DNA from: Eledone cirrhosa
Taxonomy: Eukaryota
Length of the DNA: 64,000 bases
Direction: 5' to 3'
Assembly (NCBI GenBank): GCA_964016885.1
Contig: OZ024740.1
Span: 107,322,001-107,386,000, forward strand
In this document: positions 1 to 13,643 of the stretch, piece by piece
Layout: the number at the start of each line of letters is the position of its first letter
Numbering within the stretch: the stretch's first letter is position 1
Program-made: the position numbers and the translations under genes
The notes under the pieces: generated by a model
The model's database searches: none
Told to the model about the DNA's origin: nothing
The model's input: the letters and a program-made list of their open reading frames with translations, nothing else

Positions 1-325
1 GAAAAATATCTGGACCAGATACCTGGAAAGCCATCTCTGCAAGAGATACAGAAAACAGTGCTGACTGGCACTATCCATGTAATGAGAAGGGCATTATCAA
101 TTTAAAAACCTTGCAAAGACATTTACTGTTGTTTGTGCCTTTGTGACATCGTTTGAGTGACAATTGATTGTAAAATATGTGTATTAACACATTTTGCCTC
201 AGGTGTCAGGTTGACACTCAGTATATTTTGGGAAAGAAGCAGAATTCAAAGGAAGTTTCAAGCAGCAGCAACAGCAGCAGCAGCAACAACAGTAGCAGTA
301 GCAGCAACAACAAAAATAATAATAT
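1..325 (+). mobile_element. 3' end of an RLE-type (R4/Dong-like) LINE
   Basis: EKYLDQIPGKPSLQEIQKTVLTGTIHVMRRALSI* resembles RLE-LINE C-termini; short 3'UTR then (CAG/CAA)n and TAA repeats. Confidence 0.7.
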
Positions 326-751
326 AAGGGGTGTTACCTCAGTTCACTGGTAGTGAACATCTAACACTGTAATACATCTCCAATGTTAGAAGCTGAGCAA
401 AGAAACAATAATAATAATAATAAATAACCAGAAGAAAAAATATCTTCCTTCAGAATCCAGAATTTATTTCATGTAAGAAGAAAACAGACTTAAATCTATG
501 TTTTGTGGATTTCTTTACCTGTGCGGTGGTGGAACATAAGAGATGAGAAGGACGGATCACTAAGAAGTCAACTTATCTATCAGTAATTATGGTAAATATA
601 TTTTAGCCCACTCTAAACACTTACAGATATGTGGAGATACATTATTGTCTGGTTCTCTATCTCACAGTCAATCTCTCTATATGTCTGTCTATTTATCTCC
701 CTATCTGCTTATCTCTATATCAATTTATCTTTCTATCTGTCTATATTATTT

Positions 752-828
<77 letters not shown>

Positions 829-1929
829 ACGCTAATAGACAAGTGTAGATAAATTGTTGTTGATTTATTTATCTATATATATATATATATATATGTGTGT
901 CTGTCTGTCAATCTATTTCCCTGATAGTCTGACAAGCTATCTGTCTCTATCTCACTGCCTATTTGTTTGACTATCCATCTGTTTATCCACACACTAATGT
1001 ATAAAGGAATTGTGAAGGTACATGGCTTAGTGGTTAAGGTGTTTAGCTTACAACCATAAAGTCATGAGTTTGATTCCTTGGCTGCGCATTTATTTGATGA
1101 TGCTCCAGACCACATTGCTGGTAAAAGTGAGTTCTGTCTGAATTCAGAAGACCAGCCTTGTCATTCACTGAGTCATGCTGAGTCTCACTGAGAACTACAT
1201 TAACAATACACATATGTGGAATGCTCAGCCACTTGCATGTCAATTTCACGAGAAGTCTGTTCCGTTATTTAAGCAACTGGTACACATGTTCGTCGCAACA
1301 GAGTTCCAACCCCATATATATGAATTACCTGCCTGGCTGTCTGCCCGTCTGTTTATCTGTCTGTCCATCTACACACTAACATGTGTGTAATTGAATGCAT
1401 ATTTAAGAATATTCATTTACAAAAATAACATACATTTATATATAAACACACACACATATAGACAATATATACATATGCATATATATATATACATCATCAT
1501 CACTGTTTTATGTCTATCTTCCATGCTTGCAATAAATATACATAAATATAAATACTTACATATATATATATATGTATATATATATATATTAGCAGTAACA
1601 CTGACACACCATCATTCATAATATTAGGGTGTATATGAAAGCATATACAGTAAATTTATGTATAATAAACATAAATATTTTGCTGTGGGAATTTTAACTG
1701 TGATCATTCTCATTTATGTGAGAATACCAAACACCAAACACAAATGTTCCAGGGTTTTATCCATCTTTAGTGATGCTTACGCATCAAAATAAGCTAATGG
1801 CTTATAAATAATACATTTTTGGAGATGCTCATTTGCATATAATGTGGGTTTGATGATCTAATGTTAATAAACAGTAACACAGTTAGTGGTTATGTTACAA
1901 CTAACTTAGTAGCTGACATAATCACTTAG

Positions 1930-3405
1930 TCAATGAGATGATGAAAGCATCTGGGGAAATTGTGGTAGTCACTGGCATAATACAAGATGGTGTCATACCC
2001 AATGATTGACATAACAGTATAATAGTCAACTGATACCAGGGAAAATGTGATGTTCAATAGAGAAGCAACTACAGAGGCATAAAACTGGATCAAGTTATGA
2101 AAGGAGTAGAAAGAGTGTTGGCACAATTAGGGGAAAAAAATCAATTAGATGAGATCCAGTTTGGCCTTGTACCAAGAAGGAGCACCACAGATTCTCTCTT
2201 CTTAGTGAGACAACTATAAGATAAGTGCTATATCTAACTTTCGTAGATCTGCAAAAAGCTTTTGACAGATTACCACTGTAGATATGAGTGTAGATGAATA
2301 ACTTGTGCAAGCAGTGCAAGTCATGTACCGAGGTGCAGTCAATAAATTGAGAGTATGTAATGAGTTTCATAAAGAATTCAATTTGCAGATGGGTATTCAT
2401 CAGGACTCAGTCCTCAGCCCCCTTCTCTTTATTATAGTTTTCCAAAGTATATCAGAATAATTTGAAGATTGTTAGTCCATGGAAACTTCTGTATGCTGAT
2501 GACCAGCTTCTTATAACCAAATCTATGAAAGAAATTCCTGTCATGGTAACAAAACTTACCATCAAAAGGGCTCAGGGTAAACTTAACAAAGACCCAAGTT
2601 TTATTAAGTAGGACAAAACTCTGATTCCTTCAGGGACGTGGCCATGCTCAATATGTAGCAAAGGAGTAGGTAAAAACTCCATACGATGTACACAATGTAA
2701 GGTATAGGTACTTAAGGTGTAGTGGGATTGTGGGCAGGCTAACAAGATACACTTTGCATGTAGCAAGTGCACATTGCTAGTTGTTAGTAAGAGCACCAGT
2801 GGAATAAACATTTTCCAATACCATGAAGGTACCATAGTAGTTGATAGCTTCTGCTACCTAGGTGACCTAATTAGCAGTGGAGGAGGTTGCTTTGAAAGAA
2901 GAGTAACTAAAATAAGAACAGTTTGGAAGGAATTCAGGGAGCTACTACCCCTATTCACAAAAGAGAAGAAATTTTCTCAAGTGAAGGGTAGGTTGTACGA
3001 TACCTATGTAAGAAGTATAAAGTTTCATGGCAGAGAGCCATGGGAAACAAATGAAGAGGATATGAAGAGACTGGAGGGAAATAAAGCAAGCATTCTCTAC
3101 TGGATGTGTAAGGTTAATGTGCATGAAAGACAAGGTGTGGATGAACTGAGAGAAAAACTGGATAAAAGAGGAATCAGATGTAATGTGCAAGAAAGAAGAC
3201 TGCACTGGTATGGACATGTAATACATATGGATAATGATTGCTGCGTGAAGTAGTGCTATGGGGTGCAAGAGGAAGGAAGTTGCAGTGAAGAATGACTGAA
3301 GAAAACATGGGCTAAGGGGATGAGCAACAATCTCAAAAAGCTGAAATCACAGAAGAGATAACAAAGGAACACAAGCATGGAAAAGTGGATGAAAATGATG
3401 ATAAT
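1930..3405 (+). mobile_element. Degraded RTE LINE fragment
   Basis: SFCYLG, WKEFRELLPL, RLHWYGHV and YADD remnants. Smaller relatives at 21955-22190, 23480-23820 and 4090-4432. Confidence 0.88.
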
Positions 3406-4827
3406 TATTATATATATATACACTGAATATGGTAACTGAGAAAAAAAAAACTTCACTTACAATTTCAAGACTGAAAAATCCAGTTAAGAGTGTTCAGATA
3501 ATGAAAAATCAAGCAAGGGAGAAAACTCCTTTAGCATTTCAAAATAATTTAAGGTACTGCAGGGAAGGTGGATCTTCTTCATAAGCCATCTTGGTGAAAG
3601 CAATGGTCTGTTACAATCGTAGATTACTAAACTATTTCCCCACTCACCATATTCTGAATATGTCTCTCTCTCTATATATATATATGCAGAGTACTCACCT
3701 CAGGCATTTTCCCCTCAGTTCTTTATATATATATATAGGGAGATTTTTTTATATTGAATAAAATAAACAGACAATAAAAATTTTTTTTTTTAACTTCACA
3801 ATGAATATATTAAAGTTCAAACTACACAGGTTCTATTCCACTTGGCACAAAAATGTCAAATTGTCTTGAATTATTTTTTGATTTGTGTTGCTTTGTTTGT
3901 TCTAAAGTTATTTGAAGAATATTAAGAATAATAAAATATTCTGATGAATATAATGGTTGAGGTATCTAAATATGGTAAGTTCATTCTGTCATAGGGGAGA
4001 TGGATCAAAAATAAATATAAAATAAACATTTCTTTTGTCAGTTACCAATCAATATAAATTAATGACATTTCTTTATATTTTGTAATATCGAGTACAACAT
4101 AATGACAAGCATTTTAAGGTCATTTTGCCTTGCAGGCTCCATGACAAGTTTCTCCATTTTTCCCCAACGTCTACATCGCCCCCCCCACCTATTTTTTTTT
4201 TTTATTTCCTGCTCTACCAATTTTGGTCATCCCCTTCATCAAATCACTTCCCCATTCATTTCCATCACTACTTTCACCCAGTCACTTTCATACTTCCTCA
4301 ACACATAATCTCACCATCTCACTCCATTTCTCTTCACAACATTTATCACCGGACCTAATCTTATCATGTTCTGCAATTTATTGTTTGTTTTCTTCCCTGA
4401 ATAATACTTCACTCCTATACCAAACCATTCTAATTTTGTAATATCAAGTTTGAATTATTTTTGTATTTACTTTTAGGATCAAATCTTTGCTTTGTGTATT
4501 CGATTCAGAATAGGGGCACAGTATCCCTGCATATCACAAGAATTATCTAAAAGGATTGATGTTAGAAAAGGCAAAATATTGCCTCAAAAAGGATCCCACA
4601 AAGGCTATGAAGCTTGTCAAGGGGCCTGCAAGGATAATCACTGCTTTAGCAAGGAAAGCAGCCATAAAACTGCTGTTGTTGTTTTAGGATCAAATCTGTT
4701 ATAAAAATAAAACATAAGTAGAAATACAAAGGTACAGAAAATGTAAAGATATGAAATGTGTTGTTAGTATATAGCAAAGATGAATGAATATGGTGATTTG
4801 TTGTTGTTGATGCTATTGTTAATTCCA

Positions 4828-5007
4828 TTATCGGTAACTGTGACCAGAATCCACCCACACACCATCGGGTGACTGCTTGTAATAGCGAGGGAGTCCATTT
4901 TTGAAGAGAGATTTCATAGGTGTTGGATGTAATCTAATGTGAATGAAAGTGTTTCGAAAGTCATCAACAAAATTGGGCGGTTCTTGTTTCGGGGATGTGG
5001 AATATTG
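4828..5007 (-). CDS. NTAN1: NTAN1 terminal exon 10 ([16 protein letters not shown]...[11 protein letters not shown])
   Basis: TTTTCAG acceptor, STSP..EPP.FV motif, TAA at 4828-4830. Confidence 0.95.
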   Translation of the reverse strand, partial: QYSTSPKQEPPNFVDDFRNTFIHIRLHPTPMKSLFKNGLPRYYKQSPDGVWVDSGHSYR

Positions 5008-8000
5008 CTGAAAATAAAGAAACTAAAATATTAGAAAATAATATAATAAACAAATATATAAAATACAATAAAATATGATTATTCTAGAAGTTTCATTTAA
5101 CCCTTTAGATACCAGACTACTTGAAACCACCGCTAGTTCTATGATACAAAACTATTTGTTTTAAAGTGTTTTATTTACCGTATTTCCCAGCACCGAAAAC
5201 ATTTCGTCCTCGAGGTGCACCCTAATTTTGACAACCAAAAATTTGAAAAAAAATAATAAACAACCTTCGGCCTCCAGGACACTTGGTAGATTTTTGAGAC
5301 TTATTTTAGGAAAAAAGTGGCGTCTTTGCCAGGAAATATGGTACCTATTTTGTGTTCTTGGGCAACACATAAATTCAAAGTTACTGCATGCCAATATTTT
5401 CATGTGGCAATATTTACATGTGTGTGAATATTTTCATGTGTGGCAACATTTACATGTGTGTATGGCAACATCTACATGTGTGGCAACATCTACATGTGTG
5501 TGGCAATATCTACATGTGTGGCAATATCTACATGTGTGGCAACAATTTAGAGGGGCAGGCAATAATGAATTATATTGACCAACATACTTGATAAGTATTT
5601 CATCTATTGACCTCAGTGGTATTTGAACTCAGAACATAAAAGCCATAACAAATTCTGTGAAGAAACTCTCAGGTGAGCTGGACAGCAGGAGGTCTTCAGA
5701 GAAGAAACCCCCTCAAACGTTTCGGCTCTTAACTTCTTACACTCTAAGGAGGCCAGGCTCCACCCAGGTCATGACTCCTGGGTGAACTTCTGCTGCCATT
5801 TAGCCATTCGGATATCAGAAACTTGTGTTTGTTATCTAGTGCGCTAATGATTCTGCCAATCCACTACCCTTGGATAGGCTTAAATCTTAACATCTTGTAA
5901 CACAGGAAACCATATGAGCAAGATTCTTAAAAAGTATAAAACAGCACTATGGCTGCATCACATTAAAAATAACAGTATTTATTCCAACACAGCAAATGTT
6001 CACAACAATCTGTTCACTAGTACAGAATACTATAAACATTTTAATTAACAAACCCATTTTTAGATATTTTCTTCTAAATCATTACAGGATGTTAAGAGTT
6101 TAGTAACAAGGCAACAAGTTATTTAGAAAACAAGGGATGAAATAACTTACCCTAAGAATTTCTCTATCAGAAAGGTTTATAAATTTATCAACACAATTGA
6201 CATCATCTACACAGTAGTTAAAAGGTTGGATAACTATTCTTCGGAGATGGAAGTTATAAATACAAGGAAACTGAAAATATATATACAAAATACTTAACAT
6301 CAAAATAACATTTATTTACATATATATACATATATCTTCAAGTGTTTTAAGGCAATTTTCCCTTCTAAAAGGGGTCTTTTTTGAGACAATATTTTGTGCC
6401 CGGATACCTTTTATGGCACCAACCTTTTTAGTCACCTCTTACAACATGAAGAGATATGGTATACCTATTCTAAACTAGACACACACACACACACAGCAAC
6501 AAACATAAATATATATGTTGTTGTTGGACATCTATCGTTTCTGACGACGAGTGCTCCAGTTGAATCAATCAACAGAACCGCCTGCTCATGAAATTAACAT
6601 GAAAGTGGCTGAGCATTCCACAGACAAGTATGCCCTTAAAGTAGTTCCTAGGGAGATTCAGCGTGACACAATGTGAGACATGGCTGGCCTCTTGAATTAT
6701 AGGTACAACTCATTTTTGCCTGGAGCAATGTGAAATACAATGAGCCACCCAGCCCAGGAATCAAACTCACAACCTTACAATCATGAGCTGAACACCCTAA
6801 CCACTAAGCCATGCACCTTCACACAGAGACACACAACACAGGTTGTTATATCTTCAGTAGGACATAAAATTATCTTCATTCATTTGCCAACCACTTTATT
6901 AGGTGTTTTTTTTTTATCATGGCACCAGCATCAATAAGGTTGCCTTGTTCACAATAGCCATGTGACATCAAGCTATGATGGTAAAGAAAAGCAAGATACT
7001 CTATGTGGAAATACCATATCTTTTAAATTTTAAAATAAACTTACTGATTCCTGCCAATCAAACATTCTCATGGCATTCCTTAGGGGATAATCTGGTCCTC
7101 GATCTACAAATGTTGCAGGAAATATTTCTCTATGTTTCATATCCACAGCTGTAATATATATACACTCACAATATATCTAAATATTAGTTTATAGAATACA
7201 GTAAAACATTAAGCATTTTGATACGAGCCCACCTAAAACTGTTCCTAGTTCTATCATAGAAAACTGCACATATTAAAGAGTTCATACTTATATCAAAACC
7301 TTCCATCATATTTTTATGTAAAAAATTTGTAAAAAAAAAAAAACCCAGCTTAGCTTTTTAGTAAATCTCTCCAAATTTTTTATTATTTTTAAAATCTATT
7401 CAAACGTGTTGGCAGTATATTATTAGAAATATGATAAGAAAAGAGTTAAAGACACATGGAAAGTTCTAGATTTTCTGAACAAACCTTCCTTGTCAATGAG
7501 AACAGGAAAGAGATTATCAACAAAAGTAAATATGATTTTAGGGAAATTTAGCTTCTATTTCTAGCAAGTCAAGCAACCATGTAGAGGTTCCTTCTTTGAC
7601 TTGTTACAGTAGGTGCCAAGAAAAAACTTTACATGCACACACACACACACACACACACATACACACACACAATTGTTTCTACTTTTGGCACAAGGCTAGC
7701 AATTATCCCAGTGCATTACTGGTACTTTATTTTATCAAACCCGTAATGATGAAAGGCAAAGTTAATCTTGATGGGATTTGAACTCAGACTGTAAAGGGAT
7801 ATAACTATGCTGGAAAGCATGGCGTCTGACTCTCTACCGATACTGCCAATCCACCATTCACACACATATATAATGGCAGTGCCTCAGCATGACCACATAC
7901 CATAGGAAGAAACAGGTAAAAGAGTATACACATCATTGTACTTACCAAGACCAAAGATTACAGGGAATGGAATACCATCTCTCATAACAGTGTTCATGTC

Positions 8001-8663
8001 TGGATGATGGAGAAACAAAACAAGTATTTATATAGGATTTATATAATACTAGCAGAATTACCCGCGCCTTGCTGCGTTTCACACATTTTTTTTGTAAGAA
8101 AATGATGATTGATATCAGTGATATAATTTATGGAGAAAAACTCTGCATTTCAATATTACTCAATGTAAAATGTAATGCATGAAAAATTGGAAAACATTAT
8201 TTTTTGTAATATATCAAAGTTGATGGAAACCGCGGAGTGGGGAGACCCAAGATGACTTGGGATGAGGTGATAAAAGCCGACCTTACCCAACTACACCTCT
8301 CAAAGACAATGACACACGACCGTGACTTCTGGCGTCACGCAGTAATACAGGGTACCCGACCTCCCATGGGTACATGCTGAAGCATATAAACAATATGCCC
8401 CCACTCCCCCCACCGCAAGGTGGTAGTGGAGGTGCCACGGCAAAAAAGCACCCAGCCCACACTGTAAAGTGGACGTGTAGGCGCCACGAAAAAGCACCCA
8501 GCACTCACTGTAAATGAGGTTGGTGTTAGGAAGGGCATCCAGCTGTAGAAATCAAGCCAGATCAGTTCCTGTATGAGCAAGGCATGGTTAGCCGACCAGA
8601 CACTGCCCACAACAGGACAACCCGTCTAACCCATGCTAGCGTGGAAGAACGGACGTAAAACGG

Positions 8664-8712
<49 letters not shown>

Positions 8713-11700
8713 CAAATCAAATTACATTATTAAATCTTATTCTTATTTTGTTTCTTGGAAATAATTTTTTTTAAAATATCAATTCAAAACTTTTGTGAAT
8801 AGGCATCATATCTTGTCATTTACCCATGGTTTAAATTTCATATAAATCGAAGGGAAAAAATTTCAGCGAGGGTTTTGTGTCCCCAGGGAATACTTTGATT
8901 AAAATCAAATATACTTATCCAAGTACCCTGGGCAATATAGTTTCAGAATATATATGGTTATGGGATCTATCTCCAAAACCATAGGAGGAGTTTGTGAACA
9001 AACAAACAGACAGGAATACAACTTGATATATATATAGATAATCTTTGTATGGAATTTCTTTAATATTTAGGACATTAATTTTGAATAGAAATATATTATC
9101 CAATATTGACTGAACTTTAATCAATGTTTGATAGTTATCAACAGCTATTTTAATTAAAGGGGACAGAAGAAATGACAGACAATTCTTGGTCTTCATAGTA
9201 GCTATAGTAATTGGAGGTGATTCCTTAGTCGTTATAGTAGTGATAGTAATTGGTAGTGACTCCTTAGCCGTTATAGTAGCTATAGTAATTGGAGGTGATT
9301 CCTTAGTCGTTATAGTAGCTATAGTAATTGGTAGTGACTCGTTGGTCGTTATAGTAGCTATAGTAATTGGTAGTGACTCCTTAGCCGTTATAGTAGCTAT
9401 AGTAATTGGAGGTGATTCCTTAGTCGTTATAGTAGCTATAGTAATTGGTAGTGACTCCTTGGTCGTTATAGTAGCTATAGTAATTGGAGGTGATTCCTTA
9501 GTCGTTATAGTAGCTATAGTAATTGGAGGTGATTCCTTAGTCGTTATAGTAGTGATAGTAATTGGTAGTGACTCCTTAGCCGTTATAGTAGCTATAGTAA
9601 TTGGAGGTGATTCCTTAGTCGTTATAGTAGCTATAGTAATTGGTAGTGACTCGTTGGTCGTTATAGTAGCTATAGTAATTGGAGGTGATTCCTTAGTCGT
9701 TATAGTAGCTATAGTAATTGGTAGTGACTCCTTAGTCATTATAGTAGCTATAGTAATTGGTAGTGACTCCTTAGTCGTTATAGTAGCTATAGTAATTGGA
9801 GGTGATTCCTTAGTCGTTATAGTAGCTATAGTAATTGGTAGTGACTCGTTGGTCGTTATAGTAGCTATAGTAATTGGTAGTGACTCCTTAGTCGTTATAG
9901 TAGCTATAGTAATTGGTAGTGACTCCTTAGTCGTTATAGTAGCTATAGTAATTGGAGGTGATTCCTTAGTCGTTATAGTAGCTATAGTAATTGGTAGTGA
10001 CTCCTTAGTCGTTATAGTAGCTATAGTAATTGGAGGTGATTCCTTAGTCGTTATAGTAGCTATAGTAATTGGTAGTGACTCCTTAGTCGTTATAGTAGCT
10101 ATAGTAATTGGAGGTGATTCCTTAGTCGTTATAGTAGCTATAGTAATTGGAGGTGATTCCTTAGTCGTTATAGTAGCTATAGTAATTGGTAGTGACTCCT
10201 TAGCCGTTATAGTAGCTATAGTAATTGGTAGTGATTCCTTAGTCGTTATAGTAGCTATAGTAATTGGAGGTGATTCCTTAGTCGTTATAGTAGCTATAGT
10301 AATTGGTAGTGACTCCTTAGCCGTTATAGTAGCTATAGTAATTGGTAGTGACTCCTTAGTCGTTATAGTAGCTATAGTAATTGGTAGTGACTCCTTAGTC
10401 GTTATAGTAGCTATAGTAATTGGTAGTGACTCCTTAGTCGTTATAGTAGCTATAGTAATTGGAGGTGATTCCTTAGTCGTTATAGTAGCTATAGTAATTG
10501 GAGGTGATTCCTTAGTCGTTATAGTAGCTATAGTAATTGGTAGTGACTCCTTAGTCGTTATAGTAGCTATAGTAATTGGAGGTGATTCCTTAGTCGTTAT
10601 AGTAGCTATAGTAATTGGTAGTGACTCGTTGGTCGTTATAGTAGCTATAGTAATTGGTAGTGATTCCTTAGTCGTTATAGTAGCTATAGTAATTGGAGGT
10701 GATTCCTTAGTCGTTATAGTAGCTATAGTAATTGGTAGTGACTCGTTGGTCGTTATAGTAGCTATAGTAATTGGTAGTGACTCCTTAGTCGTTATAGTAG
10801 CTATAGTAATTGGTAGTGACTCCTTAGTCGTTATAGTAGCTATAGTAATTGGTAGTGACTCCTTAGTCGTTATAGTAGCTATAGTAATTGGAGGTGACTC
10901 CTTAGTCGTTATAGTAGCTATAGTAATTGGTAGTGACTCCTTAGTCGTTATAGTAGCTATAGTAATTGGAGGTGATTCCTTAGTCGTTATAGTAGCTATA
11001 GTAATTGGAGGTGATTCCTTAGTCGTTATAGTAGCTATAGTAATTGGTAGTGACTCCTTAGTCGTTATAGTAGCTATAGTAATTGGAGGTGATTCCTTAG
11101 TCGTTATAGTAGCTATAGTAATTGGTAGTGACTCGTTGGTCGTTATAGTAGCTATAGTAATTGGTAGTGACTCCTTAGTCGTTATAGTAGCTATAGTAAT
11201 TGGAGGTGATTCCTTAGTCGTTATAGTAGCTATAGTAATTGGTAGTGACTCGTTGGTCGTTATAGTAGCTATAGTAATTGGTAGTGACTCCTTAGTCGTT
11301 ATAGTAGCTATAGTAATTGGAGGTGATTCCTTAGTCGTTATAGTAGCTATAGTAATTGGTAGTGACTCGTTGGTCGTTATAGTAGCTATAGTAATTGGTA
11401 GTGACTCCTTAGTCGTTATAGTAGCTATAGTAATTGGAGGTGATTCCTTAGTCGTTATAGTAGCTATAGTAATTGGTAGTGACTCGTTGGTCGTTATAGT
11501 AGCTATAGTAATTGGTAGTGATTCCTTAGTCGTTATAGTAGCTATAGTAATTGGAGGTGATTCCTTAGTCGTTATAGTAGCTATAGTAATTGGTAGTGAC
11601 TCGTTGGTCGTTATAGTAGCTATAGTAATTGGTAGTGACTCCTTAGTCGTTATAGTAGCTATAGTAATTGGTAGTGACTCCTTAGTCGTTATAGTAGCTA

Positions 11701-13570
11701 TAGTAATTGGTAGTGACTCCTTAGTCGTTATAGTAGCTATAGTAATTGGAGGTGACTCCTTAGTCGTTATAGTAGCTATAGTAATTGGTAGTGACTCCTT
11801 AGTCGTTATAGTAGCTATAGTAATTGGAGGTGATTCCTTAGTCGTTATAGTAGCTATAGTAATTGGAGGTGATTCCTTAGTCGTTATAGTAGCTATAGTA
11901 ATTGGAGGTGATTCCTTAGTCGTTATAGTAGCTATAGTAATTGGAGGTGATTCCTTAGTCGTTATAGTAGCTATAGTAATTGGTAGTGACTCCTTAGTCG
12001 TTATAGTAGCTATAGTAATTGGAGGTGATTCCTTAGTCGTTATAGTAGCTATAGTAATTGGAGGTGATTCCTTAGTCGTTATAGTAGCTATAGTAATTGG
12101 AGGTGATTCCTTAGTCGTTATAGTAGCTATAGTAATTGGAGGTGATTCCTTAGTCGTTATAGTAGCTATAGTAATTGGTAGTGACTCCTTAGTCGTTATA
12201 GTAGCTATAGTAATTGGTAGTGACTCCTTAGTCGTTATAGTAGCTATAGTAATTGGAGGTGATTCCTTAGTCGTTATAGTAGCTATAGTAATTGTTATTG
12301 ACTCCTTAGCCGTTATAGTAGCTATAGTAATTGGAGGTGATTCCTTAGTCGTTATAGTAGCTATAGTAATTGTTATTGACTCCTATGTCTTTATAGTAGC
12401 TATAGTAATTAAAGTTGATTCCTTGGTCTTTATAGTGGCTACAGGAATTGGTAGTGATTCTTTGGTCTTCACAGTAGCTATAGTAACTGGTAGTGACTCC
12501 TTAGTTTTCAAAGTTCATCATTATAGTCCCCTTCCCATGCTGGTAGGAAATGGAAGTGTCATCACAGTTCAATACCAGACAGGTATGAGAAGCAATACTC
12601 TTGCAGGCAAAATTTCTACAGATACTTTTAACTCCACAAATTATTTAACAGCCAATGTTACATCACATATATGACATATATCAACATAGGTTAGATATAA
12701 TCACCTTCCTCCATACAAAGATATTAAGCAAAGACATGAAGATCAAATTAAAAACAACTTTTAAGTATTGTTACCTGAGATTGTAGCACACATTAGGTGG
12801 ATGTCATGAGGTAGACTGTTAAACTCATCTGTAAAGAAATATTCTTTATTAAAACAGGCTATATATATATATATATATAATGGTTGTACCAATATAATGG
12901 TTATGATAATATTAACTAGAGTAGTCAAACTCTTTTACAGGTTGATTAAAAGCTCAATGCAGTGGGGGTCACGCAGTGCTGTTATATATTAATTTCATAA
13001 ACACCGAAGATTCAAAGCATTATCAAACTGACAAATGTTTCTGCCGACCTAGAATTTCCACCCTTGGGCCACATAATATTATGATTTAACCCGTAAGTAT
13101 TGATTTAGAATTGGCATTATCAGAGTTTATTAAAGGTGTCATTAATATTTCACATATGGTAATAATTACTAATTATGATAACAATTTACAGAAACTTTCA
13201 AAAAAATTTTAAATTCCAAACATTTCAAAAATGTTAAAAAACAATTTTATAAAAACATGCAAAAACAGTTCAAATATAACAAGTATAAGGAATCGCCTTC
13301 AAGATTATCTCTCACAAACGTAGTCATCTCTCCAGCATTGCTATACTTGAACTGCTTTTCAATGTTTTTTCTAATTTTTTGAAACTTTTTAAATCAAAAT
13401 TGTAGCAGCAATATAGCAGATAGCAATCGAATTATTTGAGGCAATCACAAAGCACTCAATGGTGAGAAAAGTTAATACATTTCCGTCCAGAGTAAATACT
13501 AAGTTATAAAGTGCAACACCAAGAATAAAGCAATGTGGACATAGTTAATACCACAACAACGATAAATACA

Positions 13571-13643
<73 letters not shown>

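Noticed and set aside
519-576. Possible minus-strand exon ending CACAG|GTAAAG
   Set aside because: Acceptor unclear, stops in most frames, no recognisable homology.
629-852. Many YIYIY/CVCVC/HTHT ORFs across the window
   Set aside because: They are translations of (TA)n, (TG)n and (ATC)n microsatellites.
4492-4704. Recurring CIRFRIG(A/T)Q peptide in ORFs at 4492 and 30116
   Set aside because: The same DNA motif occurs in both orientations (6460, 29990, 51925, 53440) as the tail of a dispersed repeat; it is not a protein family.
9189-12507. CRISPR-like regular array
   Set aside because: Contiguous tandem units with no unique spacers, in eukaryotic DNA.
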